The position numbers were made by a program, and so were the translations under genes. The notes under the pieces were generated by a model that ran no database searches, was not told where the DNA came from, and saw only the letters and a list, made by a program, of their open reading frames with translations. Below, in pieces: positions 12,250-24,590 of a stretch of DNA of 64,000 nucleotides. The stretch lies in NCBI GenBank assembly GCA_965153285.1, contig OZ229111.1. The stretch is one strand, 5' to 3'. This DNA comes from Podarcis tiliguerta. Taxonomy: Eukaryota. Positions within the stretch are counted from its first letter, which is position 1, and every line of letters begins with the position of its first letter.

Positions 12250-14800
12250 GAGTTTCTCTCCGCGCCAATTACAGCTGTACTCTGGAATACACGAAGCATT
12301 AAGAAGCGGGAGCGAGTTTTCTTTGGTGGTGGGGAGCATGCGCAGAATTCCCCCCCCCCCCAGCAACAGGTAACCACCACAAGCTCCGGATCAGGTAGCA
12401 TGATTCGTGGTTTAAGCCCCGCCACGTCTTCTTTTAGAAGTGAGGGTTGAGGGAAGAAGGATATAGAAATGGAAGTCCGCCCCCCGCCACCAAAAAAAAT
12501 GTAAAAGGAAAGGCCTTCGCTGCTTAATACAGGTCACGGCGGGCGGCGAGCCTTTTAAGCGAGCTCAGCGCACCGCCTCACTTGCGCGCGCGTCTCTGGG
12601 CCCGGAAAGCGCGGGCCGCGCGAACCCTTCCTCCCCCCCGGCGTCTCTCCCAGAACGAAGCCCGCCAAAGCGGCGGCGGCGGCGGCCGCTCCCCTCCTCT
12701 TCCTGCGCCGCGCCTCCGCCGAAGCCCAACCCAGCCGAGCCTCCCGCTGCCGGGGCTCCTCCCAGTCCCAACCGGCGGGCTCCAGGCCCCGCCCCGCCGC
12801 CCGGCTCGGCTGGCTCCTGACTGCTGCTCGTGGTGGCTGTTGCCGCATGCTGTTTCGTGCCGTTGCCGGAGGAGCTGGAAGATGGCGGAGCCGGGGCCGG
12901 ACTGCAGCGCGCTTCTGGACGAAGAGCTCTCCTCCTTCGTCTTCAACTATCTCACCGACAGCCAGGTACGGGCTCCGGGCGCTGCAGCCCAGCCTCCTCC
13001 AGGCGCACTCCCGGCCGGCCGGCACGTCTGGTTCTCGCAATCTCCGAACAGGGGCCGCGGGGGCTCTTGTGCACGACGGGGACGGGGGACAACTGAGTCT
13101 GGAGCGGAGGGAGACTGGGGTCTCGGCGTGCAGGGACCCCAGAGCCACCGTGCACCGGCATCTCCCCCCCCCCCCCCGGGAATGCCGTGTAAATGGGACT
13201 CAGATCTGTTACATGTCGAGGAATCGCGGGGGTGGTGGGGTATGGATCCCGGGGTATGGATCCCGGATCTGTCATGCACCACGAAATATGGGGGGCGCGG
13301 GACCCAGACCTGTCATGTACCGGGGAGCTCGGAACGCAAGGATTTCCGTTCTGACATGCACTTGGGTTTGGGGCTCACAAGGACGCCGCATCCGCTCTGC
13401 ATAGAATTTAGGGCTCCGGGAAGGAACCGGTTGGTGTGTGTGTGCGCGCGCTCAGACCCAACTTGGAAGCCTGGGGCATAAGACCCCCACAGAACAGCCG
13501 TGCACAGGAGTGGGGAGGCGGGCGGGAGAAGCATTATGATAGTCTACTTAGATCTACGAGGCACCTTGCATATTTCAGAGAGCGGGAAGTGCGTGTGTGT
13601 AAGGACTTTTGATTTCTCTGTAGCGGATCCCTCTCTTGTTCCTCTTCATGCCCCGACAGCGGAAAATGAAAGAGAGCTAGATGTACGGCTGTTCTGACAG
13701 ATTCCAGGGCGCGGAGCCTGGATCTGTGCGGCTCTATGAGCCGGGATTCCTCCAGACACCAGACAGAATGGAGGAGCGTGGGGAGGGAGCTTGCATGCTT
13801 GTGCAGACGGAGCACAGCCCCGGCTGAGTAGCAAAAGCAGCCGACTGCCCTGGAGGCCGGCGTGTGCTGCTCCTCTCCATGCAGCACTTACAGAGGATCC
13901 GGCGGAAGGAAGACGTAGTGTGTTCCTACGGCGAAGCTTCAGTTGCGGGTAGCCCACCCCCAACCCCCGCTTATTGCTGGGGAATGAACAGAAGAAACTC
14001 GAGTAGCCCGAACACTTTTCAGCACCACTCGCACGTGGACTAGTGGGTCACGCTGCTCTGCCGCTGCCCCAGATAACAAGCGAGCTGCCTTGCTTTTGCA
14101 GCGTCTCCCGTTTGGAGCTGCAGAGCCTCCCTCCCCTCTCCGCAAAATAAAAATAAAGAATTTGCCTACAATTCTCTCTTCGGGGTTATCTTTTTCTCCT
14201 GGATGTTGTTAGGATGAGAGAGGTTGGGGTGCAATGGACGGGACAGTAAATAGAGCCGTTATTCTTTCCAGTGTGTATTTAATTCACACACCCCTCTTCC
14301 TCCGGGCATGTTCTCTCTGGAAGCGCGGCTGTTGCTTTCCTCCCCTTTCTACAATGTATGAAGGCAGGACTGGCAGCAGTTCAGCTTGACTGTGGGGCAG
14401 CTGGAATAAATGGGTGCTGGATTCCCCCCCCCCCCTCGTCGCGCTGTCCTAGAGATTTGCTGGTGGGAGCTCTAATTTCTTGGTTGTGCGCGTGAGTCAT
14501 GCGGGCTGCTCGCTATATACCTGCAGCTTTGGAGAGGGAGCGAGAGAAGAAGCAAGCGCGCGCGCTGGAGTGGAGGGGGGGGGGGTCTGAGTTGCTACAA
14601 ATAAGCAACTTTGCAGATCTCTCTCTCTTTGGACTGGGCTACATGTTAAAATCAGATTAAGGGTTTCTTGGCAGCCGTCGGCTGATCACGAGCGGGTGCC
14701 TGCTGGAAAGGCAGCCGGCTGCATTCTTTTCCATGGGGAGGAGTGAGTGGGGGACTGTGGAGCCGATATGCTGCGAGACCATCATGCATCTCTCAAGCCA
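12250..14800. promoter_or_regulatory. CpG island covering the PPARGC1B promoter, exon 1 and the 5' end of intron 1
   Basis: Sharp rise in GC and CpG density against a CpG-depleted background. GC boxes at ~12477 (CCGCCCC) and 12785-12795 (GGCCCCGCCCC), CCAAT at ~12266, NRF1-like GAGCATGCGCA at 12334-12344, AGGTCA half-site at ~12531. Boundaries are approximate. Confidence 0.9.
12882..12965 (+). CDS. PPARGC1B: PPARG coactivator 1 beta (PGC-1beta), first coding exon (28 codons, phase-0 donor)
   Basis: Translates to [28 protein letters not shown], matching the recalled vertebrate PGC-1beta N-terminus (human [26 protein letters not shown]). Strong Kozak context AAGATGG. Donor CAG|GTACGG at 12965/12966. 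Lies in a CpG island. Confidence 0.96.
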
Positions 14801-17800
14801 GGAGCCTGTTGCAATCGCAAAGAGTTTTCCATGGTTACGATTCCAGTACCTCCCGTTGCCCTCCCGTTTTTCGTTTTGCTCTCTCCTCATAAACAGAGAT
14901 TACTAAACTGCTTTGATTTGGGACATTCCTCCCCCACTCCCTTCGCTTCCTTGAGTTTATTCATTTACTTACTTACAGGAGAACAGAGCGAGGTCTGCTG
15001 TGTTTGGGCTCCAAGCAAGCAGCGGTGCCCTGCTCTCGATCATCCTGATTTGTCCCTAGCGTCTTGTGTGTTTATGTGCCAGACAGAACTAGGCTGGACC
15101 TGCTCCAGCCCAGACTCGTGTAGTCTGAGCACCTCCGTTCCAGAGCCAGTGCTAGAGCTTACCGGTTTGTCATGGGACATGTTGGCAAGGGGAATTTTTC
15201 AGAGAATCAAGTAGGAGATGCTGGCAGCTTGTTTAAAGAACTGAGGGCAGAATATTTTGTAAGCAGGGTCTGTCTGCTCCACCACAACCGTGCAAAAAAT
15301 TATGGGATGTTGGGGGGGGGCGGATTAGGAAACTCTGCTGGATCAATAAAACACTTGTTTGCTTTTGAGAGGAGTGGGGAAGAAACCTTTGGGATAAAAG
15401 TATTATGGGGAGTGTATCAAATACTCTGGTTGCCTTTCTATATATTTCTCCATACTGAAAAAGCAGAACCTAAAGTATTGCCTGCTTTGTGGGGGTCAGG
15501 AGAAGCGAGACATCTTGCCTCATAAAAAATATTTGCAAATGTAATTGGAGGGAGGCATGCCCTTGTGTATTGGGCATGAATAGACATGCGAGTGAAAATG
15601 TCCAGAAATATCTTCACCAACTCTGTTATGTGAGCAGCTATCCATACATAGGCAGCATTGTTGCTAATATATGATATAGAAACTGATTACATTCATAATA
15701 CTTGTGGTGGGCTGATTTTGCTTGCTGCTGTTAGTCCCACTGTATTGGTTGGAAGTGCATTAATCTTTGGATTACACTTTCTCCTCTGCATGTGTGTGAG
15801 GGTTAAAGTCTGGAGTAAATCAGAGTGGCATGTGATTGCCCTGAAAAGGAAAAACTTGTAAGTGTGCTTTGTACTTCCACCTTAACCTCTGATGAAACAG
15901 CAGTGAAGGCTCCAGCCTTGGCTTCTGTCACATGCTTCTTTTGTAACTATAAGCGGGAGGTGGTTCCTAGGCTTGCCTCTGACGTCTCTCCCCATTACTA
16001 CTCTACAGTACTAGCCTCTTCTTACAGCTGGGCTGCTGAGTTCTCAATGAAATCTGAAAGCTGATTCTGCAAAGCCCCCTATGTTCCAGCACAGGATCAG
16101 ATTATTCTTAAGAGGCTAAAATGTCAGGAGGCTATGGGATAATGAATATTATCCATTTCTTTCAGAGACCCTGAAGGATTTCAGCTTTTGTCATCATATA
16201 TTATGGAGAACCCCCTTCCCCCTTCCTCTGTTTGCAGCAGCATTGCAGAAATTCGTGTCATGATGCTATGAATTTCATAGTACAGGTGAACCAGAGCCCG
16301 GTCCAAGCACAACTAAAGGCATCTTGAGAAAAAGGTGCAATGAAATGTTAACCTGATTTGCCTTGGTTTTATATTCACATTGATAGCTGTTATGTATTGA
16401 GGGAAAGGATGTTCCACAAAATGACTGCATTGCAACAGATAAAGATTAAAGGCCTTTTCTTCTGCAGTCTGATTTTTCATCAAAATGGAGTTATTGTGCA
16501 GCAGTATGAAATGTATGATTTATGTGCAAGGCAGCATGATGCATTCTGAGCTACTCATTTCAAGTTTGTGGCCATTGTTGTTAATTCACCAGGCATTGGA
16601 AGGTATCAGGAATTACTAGCATATACTTTTCTGCCTCTGTAGAAGAGCAAGAAAGCAGTTCGACTTTTCTGTTTTTCATTTGTTGAAGGAAAAATAACCA
16701 TCATGATAACACAGGCCGCTGGCTTCAAGCTTCCCGGGGCAATATTTCCTCTTGATTTTCTCAGCATCTTGTTAACAGCTCAATTAATTAATGGTTGGAG
16801 ATGCAAACAGTTATTGACCAAAACAAAATGGTTTGTCTTCTTTCAGACACATGCATACTTCCATCTATTTAATAGATCTGCATAATGATCCTTTTGGCTG
16901 ACAAGAGCTATTGCTTTGAATGCCCGTTTCTCTACCCGTTAAATAGGGCAAAAGCATGGGTATTGTTTTCCTTGACAGTACAAGGGAGATGTTTCTTGGT
17001 GGAACAACATGCAAGTGTCCTTTGAGTACCTGGCCAGCACACTCTGTTTGAAGAGGTGAACTCTATATTTTGCCCTGCTGTGCTTCCACTGTCTTGTGAA
17101 CCTCAGTGGCGTAATGGAGAGAAGAGGAGTGGTAGGATAGTTCTCACTTACCTGATTCAGGTTTTACAGTCTTGAATGAGCATTTGGTGAAGCCATCATA
17201 CCACCTCCTCAGGGGTGCGCAAATGCTGCACAGACTTGTTCACACCAACATTTGTGACTAACATACATGACCCTGGTCATTTGTGGGTGATGGTGGCAGC
17301 CTTGTTTGTTTTTGTTGTTTGCATGTTTATTTCACATGGAAATGATAAGCTTCTTTTTTATTAACACTGCTTTATTTGCTTTGGCAAGTGTCAGCAATGG
17401 ATTGAAACAGAAAGATGAATTATATAGTCAGAAGAATTGTGCATTTAGAGTCCTTTCTAGACTGTACCACTTTAGATTGCAGGCAGTGGATCGCATATTT
17501 GAATATCCCTCATTCCAAAAATGTTCTGCCTGCAAAAAAAAAAAATAAAAAATAGCTGGCATGTCAATGTTTTCTCATAGCCTTCTCCCTGACTAACTTT
17601 GGACAAAGTGGGGAAATTTCCATCCTCACCTGCATTCTGAAATGGTATAATGAACCACATGAGCCTTTTGAGTGGCCTAAGGAAACAATTCTACACAGAT
17701 TTACATAGAAGTGTATTCTTGTGCAATCAAAGGGATTTGTTTCCAATTGTATGTGTGTGGGCTTTGAGTGCATGGCAGAAATCATGTTGATATGGGAAGG

Positions 17801-19344
17801 CAAGAGGTTAGGATACATAAGCTCTGGAAATAATGTCTTTTTTGTGGCATTATATTGTAAGTGAAACTTGATCTAAATTGCTTTTCCAGTGTAGAGCCCA
17901 CTCAAAGAGGTGTGAATTTAGTGCCAGACAGCTGTGTAGACTGGACTCCCGGCTTATTCACAGTGTAGGCTGCAGCCAGGAGTAGTTTTTCACCATAGAC
18001 ACAGCCATTCCAGACTTTTCTGAACCATGATTCCCCAGAGGAATAATACTGGGTAGTTTTCATGGAGTTTTTGCTCCTAGACCTTTCTGCTGAGAGAAAA
18101 GCACCAAATATGGCACAGAGTCCAGATAGCTTTTGGCTAAGAGCTGATTGACACAGATGACATATTTATAGTCTGGAGTATGCAACTACAGTGACTGACA
18201 GTTTCATAGACTCATAGATCCAGAAGCACATCGTATGTAACTTCTTGAAATCTGGACAGTGATGCATGCAGTTGTACTTGACTGCCTGCATTAGTGTCTA
18301 TCAACTGGCAACTGTTCTCTAGGGAGTCACAGACACATTGACTTAGAAACCAATACATGGGGCTGCATAGGGGGAAAGCGAAGCACAAGGCACATTCACA
18401 TAAGGTAGCTGGCCACAGACAACAGCTCTGGAGTGGGGGAAATCCACCTGCATGTTTTTGATTTTGTGGCTTTAATCCACATGGTGGCAACTCTCCTATA
18501 GCACTTAAGTTCCTTGTGTTTGCCTGGCAGAATAGGGTGGTTTTTCTGGCAGTTGTGGGTGTGCGGAGAAGCATTCTAAGCTACTCAAAATGTCAGCCAG
18601 CCAGCCAGTTCCAGAGTTGGCTCATGACACTGCTGTTTGTGGCAGAAATTCATGGCAATGAATGGCTTTTCCCTTATTCTTGGCAAACTGGGTTCTCTAC
18701 GGAATATGTGACACCTGCTTGAAGGGACTGTTGGGGGTATGGTGTAGTGCTGCTAACGCTGACGAGGATCCATTAGTTCTTCTGCAGCTTTATAAGCAGG
18801 TGATTCTGAGTACAGTATTTTCCATTGCCAAAACACGCCACTTCCAAGATTGTATTGAGCCAATCCCATCTTAATATTTTTGAACAGATAGTTGATTTTC
18901 AGCAGTCATCTCATGAACTCATACATGTGGACTACATATGTCAGAGCAGGTCATCAGAGATGAAAGGGGCCTTGAATATTTGGCCCAGGAGTGAATAAAA
19001 TTGATCATGAACATTGCCTTACTCAAGGTCTAAAGTTTCTTTCAATTCACCTTCATATTGCCACAAGAGTAGGGCCCGGATGTGTTTATTCATGTGTTGC
19101 ACAGCTGTCTACCCTTTCATAGGTCCCTTTATTTCATGATTTAGTGTATTTCTAAACATAGACCAGTTTTTTACCACATGCTGCAGATGATGGAGGAATA
19201 GGTAAGAAGCAAGAGGAGTTGGAGGCTATGTTGTGCAAAGGCCTTGTTACTGTGTTGCAGAATCATGATATATTTGGCAGAATCCCAGACTACATTTTAA
19301 TGAAAGCTCTGTAAATTTAAGATAGGAATGCTTGTATTTCTCTA

Positions 19345-19475
19345 AAGTAGGGCCTCCAGATCTATTTGACCTTTGGATGCTATCAGACTGTGAACTCTCT
19401 CCAGTCATCATGACCAGTGATGATGGGTGTTGTAGCTCTGCAACATCTGGAGGGTCACAGAGTAGCTACCCCAGC
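19345..19475. mobile_element. Degenerate palindromic hAT-type MITE
   Basis: CCTCCAGAT...GATGATGGGTGTTGTAG...CAACATCTGGAGGG; related to 7019-7152. Confidence 0.7.
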
Positions 19476-19995
19476 TCCAAAGCCAGTTGCAGATCTTCAC
19501 CTTCTCCTCTATTTTAGTGAAATCTACTACTTTCCATGTACTGGATTGGGAAGCTGAAGGAGCTGAGCATGCTCTCAAAACTGCTGTATCAAACCATTGT
19601 TAAGAGATGCATGAAGTAAGAGGTGGTGTGTAGTAGGAGGATTTGTCAGCTCCCTGTGTATTATATTGGGAAGAGGTAAAGCATTGACAATGTTGAAATG
19701 ATATCTCTCCTACATTCCTGTTGAGACTGGACAGTGCTATGTGTTTTTATTTTGGTGCTCAGGGGAGCAATAAAAGATGGCTTAACGTAAAATATGAGCC
19801 TCCAGCCTTGGCAGTAAGATGAGTGGAGGGCCATTTTCTTTTAATTAAGATATTTTTCCATTTCCTCCCTATCCCCCCACCCACCACGTTGCCTCTGAAA
19901 ATTATGAATGTGCTGCCTGCAGTTCAGCCAATGAGCAGCCTGGGAAAGGAGACTTTCTTGCAAGTAAACCCCCTAGGTTAGACAATTCAGATCCT

Positions 19996-20115
19996 CTTTC
20001 AGATTGTGTGTCCTTCCAGTGAGCACTCAGGGCTGATTTCCTTGAGAATGGATAGGTTTGATCTTCTTGCAATCCATGGGACTCTCAAGAGTCTCCTCCA
20101 GCACCATAATTCAAA
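19996..20115 (-). mobile_element. Bov-B (RTE) LINE fragment
   Basis: Minus strand translates FELWCWRRLLRVPWIARRSNLSILKEISPECSLEG, the recalled Bov-B RT C-terminal motif. Confidence 0.9.
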
Positions 20116-20545
20116 TGTACTGTACTATAAAATAAATAAGACAGTATTGCAGAGGATGAAAATTTAAGTTAATTTTTTTCTTACCTGCACTGATGATAGT
20201 CATTGTTTGGATGGAAGGCTTTTATCCGTTTCCGCAGTCAATCAATCAATGAATCAATCAATAGCTTAACTGGGTTCCACACAGTCATAAAAACAAATTA
20301 ACTGAAAAAGCCTCAAAAGCGCAAAAGAAATAGCAAAAACAAAAGCACCAAACTTAATCTGTTCTGGAAGTTCCGAAATGTTCAAAAACCAAGGCGCAGC
20401 TTCTGATTGGTGCAGAAGCCTCAGAAACAATAGCCGACAGCCGCATCAGACGTTCAGCTTCCGAAAAACATTCAAAAACCGGAACACATACTTCTGGGTT
20501 TTCGGTGTTTGGGAACCAAGGCGTTTGAGAACCAAAGTACCACTG
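20116..20545. mobile_element. Tigger/mariner-like DNA element, one end only
   Basis: Ends ...GTACCACTG+TA like the 9150 MITE; CpG-retaining body; the other TIR is missing. Confidence 0.7.
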
Positions 20546-23500
20546 TATGCACAAGTTCAAGCTAGGCAGGCTCTCAAGGTGGCCTTGTGTCTCTGCCACC
20601 AAGGGCACCCTTTTTACTTGCCAACTGTCAATGGTTTTTCTTATCAGGTACCCTTTTGAAGTCTCTGGGACTATGTGCAAGTATGTGAGAGAGTGCTATT
20701 GTTGACCAAAAAATATACTTGCCAGGGAGAGGTAACCACTACTGAACTCATGTTGCTTCCTTCTGGGTAAACATGCCAGAGGGGATTGGGCTGTAAAGCC
20801 CTGAAGGGCACCTTCAAATATTTTGCTGATATGTACGGAGCCTCCAGGAAATGCCTGGTTGCCATTATTGTCTCTGTGTGATTAAGAAAGGATTGTAACT
20901 TTTTGTATAACAGCTCCCCTTCTGTCTAGTGAATCCCTTTGCACTGGAGTAACGATGGTGTGTGAGAATTCATTTCTTGTCTTCTCCTTTTTTGAAATAT
21001 TTTTCTTGGCTTTTTTTAATAGGATAAATAAATACATAAGCAAAGGAAGTTATCTGTTCAATAAAATATGATGATACAATTGTATCACACCATTATCCTT
21101 CCCTCACTCAGCAAGCAAACATTCTAATTAATTCTAGTGGGCCCCCACAGATAAAATGAGGCATCCAATGCATTTCATCAAATTGTTTCTTTTCAGTGAC
21201 CATCATCTAGCTTTCAGTGCCCAGGCCAAGAGGAAAGCCAAACAAGCACATGACCAAAAAAAAAAAAAAAAAAACAATTGGAGATGTTCTTGTAACTATA
21301 TATATATATAAACTGGAAGTGAATTTTCTAAATATTTACCCCTGTTAACTCAAGTAACATAACTCAAGTAAATGGTTAAAAATACCTGGATCCCCAACAT
21401 CGTGATAACAACAACTAGATAGACTGCCCTTCCACCTCCACAATTCTACCCTTGTAACCTGCTTCTGCCACATACCACCATTGCTCCAGCAAGAGGACTT
21501 AGAACTAATACCTGAAAACTAATACTATTTTGACTGTACAGTAAGTGGCCTAGAGTTGTATTAAAAAAGTAGATACACTTTAAAATATATAGGAAAAAAT
21601 TATAGGTATGCATCAAGTCTCGAAATTAGCCCCAAAATCTTATCAGAGCAGTGTGGGTGGAGAAGGTGAAGGGTCATTCTTCCCTTGTCCTATGGTATCT
21701 AGCAGTGCCTCATTTCAGCAAGTGGATTGCCTCCATGTGCATCATATAAGCATCCAGGTGAGGTTGTCTTAAGTTCTAATCCAGCCCAACTAGAATGGCG
21801 TGAAAGCCATAAACAATGGAGCAACAGTTAGACATGTAGTAACATAGCAGGATATAAGGAAAAGAGCTGCTGTAAGCCACCACAGAGGATAAAACTCCCT
21901 TCTGAGAGACAGACAGAGACCAACTGGTTGCATTAAACAGTAGATGATACTGGACTGGATGGACCACTGGGACTAACAATATATGACAGCTTCGTATGTT
22001 CTTTATTAACCTTTTAAGTGTGGAGTTAAATGTGGTTAACACCAGAAATTCCATGGGAGAATAAAGTAGCTCCATGAACTGGCCTTCAGCTGGGTCCCTT
22101 TCTGCTGATCAAGAGAGATTTCAGCTGCAACTAGGCTAAATTTTAAATTTTACCTTTTTATGGGTGGCAGCTGTTGATTCTACTGGAATTCAAGCTATTC
22201 ACAGTGAAAGGGAAAGGGAAATAGAGCCTCCAGCCACGCTGGAAACTTACTAGGTGAATATACACTAGGCATGAGGACAAATTCCTTTTGGTTAATCATT
22301 GTGGTCTTGATTAGCTGACTTGCCAAGGGCAAATGATTACTTCTATAGGAAGGCTGAAGTCACCTGCCTAGGCAAAAGTCACTTTACAGTGCCCTTTCAT
22401 GGCTCCTATTCATTTCAGTGGGACTTGTGCAGGAGAACTGTCTGGTGGATTATGCCCTAGGAGAACAACTGTGGAAGGTCTTTCCATGAACTGGTTGGAA
22501 TGTGTCGCCTTTCCTTTATGCACAGCTTAATCCTGTGCTGCCAATCTCAGTACACCACCAGCAGCATTTACAAAAGAAAGAAATTAATTTAAGATATTAA
22601 TAGTCAGATAACAAAGTGCCAGATTAACTATCCTGGTCCTCAAAGGCTTTCCCACAGCACTGCCATTCTTGACTGACCACAGTTATTGCAAGGAGGTGGA
22701 GATGATCGGTAGGTTCTTTTGTGTGAAATCATTTGCAGCTTCCCTGTCAAACTCAGCACATGGGAATTGCTCTGTGAAGTAACAGAGACCCCAGGGGTAA
22801 TGTTGCAGGGTGTTCCCAACTGCCCGCACTTGACAGAAAATGAGCCACCACAGACTCTGCCAACTATGGCTTCAGACAACAGATTCAAATCCCAAAGAAT
22901 GGACTGCAGGGTTTCTTGTCTGATGGAGTGGTTGATGAAACCACTCCTAGCTTTTGACTCTAAATGATATCCTGGGCACAGTGATAAGCTCAGAAGCATC
23001 TCAAGTCCGTAAATGTAAATGATTAATGGAGACTGAAATTCATCAATGAATGCATACTTCTTTCCTGTCTTCCCCCCTGCTGCCACTGTCCCAACCACAG
23101 GGACATACTAGATATTTTAAGAAACACAAAGCTGATTGGCAGTTGCCCCTCTAGCTTATTTGTTTTAAAACGTTCCAGTGATGGAGATTCCTTTTCTCCT
23201 CAGCAGAATTAGTGCCAACACACATTCAATTGCTGTGACATCTATACAAGCAGGGTGAGATTCGGTGTCAGAATCAGAAAATGAACTTTGTATTTTCTTA
23301 TACAGTAGATAAGTTTCTGAGTGTTTGCAGGTGGGCAGAAATTAGATCACTGGGAGACTTGCAGCAGAACGACAAGAGTTTCCAACATAGTGGCAACTAC
23401 AACATAACTTTCCCTTGCTGAAATGAAGAAAACTAACTGTGGGGTGAGGGTGGGGGACATGTATGTGGAAGGGCTGTGTGCCTAGTCAGTTCTGGCACTG

Positions 23501-24314
23501 AAAACCGATTCCTGGACTCTTATTTCTAATTATATGTCTTTTGCATGTGACTCTGGTTCTACTTAAAACAAAATAGATCTAACAGTCATGAAGTCAGCCT
23601 ACCCTTTTTCTAAGCTATCTCTTACTTGCAGTCAGCAGTAAACTGGCCAGTCAGGTGAATGATGTAGTGCCTGGTACAGGTATCTGTATTGGTGCTCAAA
23701 AAAGCAACATCTGAAGAGTTCTATCTTGGGGCTGCAAGAACATTAATGCCATGTCCAAGTCAATACAAGACTGTCAGGTTTCAGAAAGCTAACATACAGG
23801 TGTGTCTGGAACTGCAAGAAAACCACTTATTTTTCAACTTCACTCCCCTTTCCCCTCCCAAAGTGTGGCTTAGAGATAGGATGATCGCTAGCTGGAGAAT
23901 CCATTTCTGAAGATGGTTTAGCAAAGAAGAAGCTGGTGAAACAAGAGTGTGAGTGAGGGTTGTTTGGCTAACATCCAAGCTAGCTTGGATGGACTTTGTC
24001 CCAGTTCAGAATCTGAATAAATCAGCAACCACCAAGGTAGAAGTGGATGGTTGACTGTGGGTTGATTGGATTTCTTCTCCGCTAGCAGTTCTTGTGGTAT
24101 AAATGCTAGGAAGTGGCACCACTTATCTAAGTTAGTGATAACATGCAGGAGACATTAGTGTTGATTCACCTGCACCCCACCCCTTTTGCAAACCTTAGCT
24201 GTAGATTGATTTCATTATGTGTTGCATTTATATTTCATTTAATGTTGGGGCATATGATGGAATGGTGGTGGGACAGGTATGCACATTGAAAGCTAGCCAA
24301 CTGCTCATCTATAA

Positions 24315-24590
24315 GGATGTAAAAAAAGCCCTGCTGGATAAGACCAAAGGCCTATCTAGTCCAGCATCCTGCTTCCCTAGTGGTCAACCTTTGAAAAGCC
24401 CACAAGCAAGGCATGAGTGCAAAAGCCTTCTCTCTATGTAGCTCCCCAATAATTTGGGTATTCAGAGATATGGTGCCTCTGTTCCATCTGTTCCATCATG
24501 ACTAGTCCCCATTAGCAACCTCACCCTCTATGAATTTCTAATCCCCCTTTAAAACGCCATCTAAGTAGGTGGCAATCACCACATATTGGA
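24315..24590 (-). mobile_element. CR1 LINE 3' UTR fragment
   Basis: GCCCTGCTGGATAAGACCAAAGGCCTATCTAGTCCAGCATCCTG...; colinear with 10655-10920. Confidence 0.75.

Noticed and set aside
12555-13282. Several antisense ORFs in the CpG island
   Set aside because: Arg/Ala/Gly/Pro-rich GC artefacts with no recognisable domain.
12582-13481. 299-aa ORF spanning exon 1 (possible N-terminal extension or intron-retention protein)
   Set aside because: Only codons 12882-12965 resemble PGC-1beta. The rest is expected from stop-codon scarcity in a GC-rich island. The in-frame upstream CTG/TTG codons have weak contexts.
14900-16500. miR-378 hairpin, which lies early in mammalian PPARGC1B intron 1
   Set aside because: No match by eye to ACTGGACTTGGAGTCAGAAGG or CTCCTGACTCCAGG. 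The small stems at ~15090-15130 are too short. Absence fits a mammal-restricted origin.
21100-21600. Possible decayed L1/Tx1 fragment on the minus strand (also ~25580-25990)
   Set aside because: Only faint CW...MW...W-like traces; too degenerate to call by eye.
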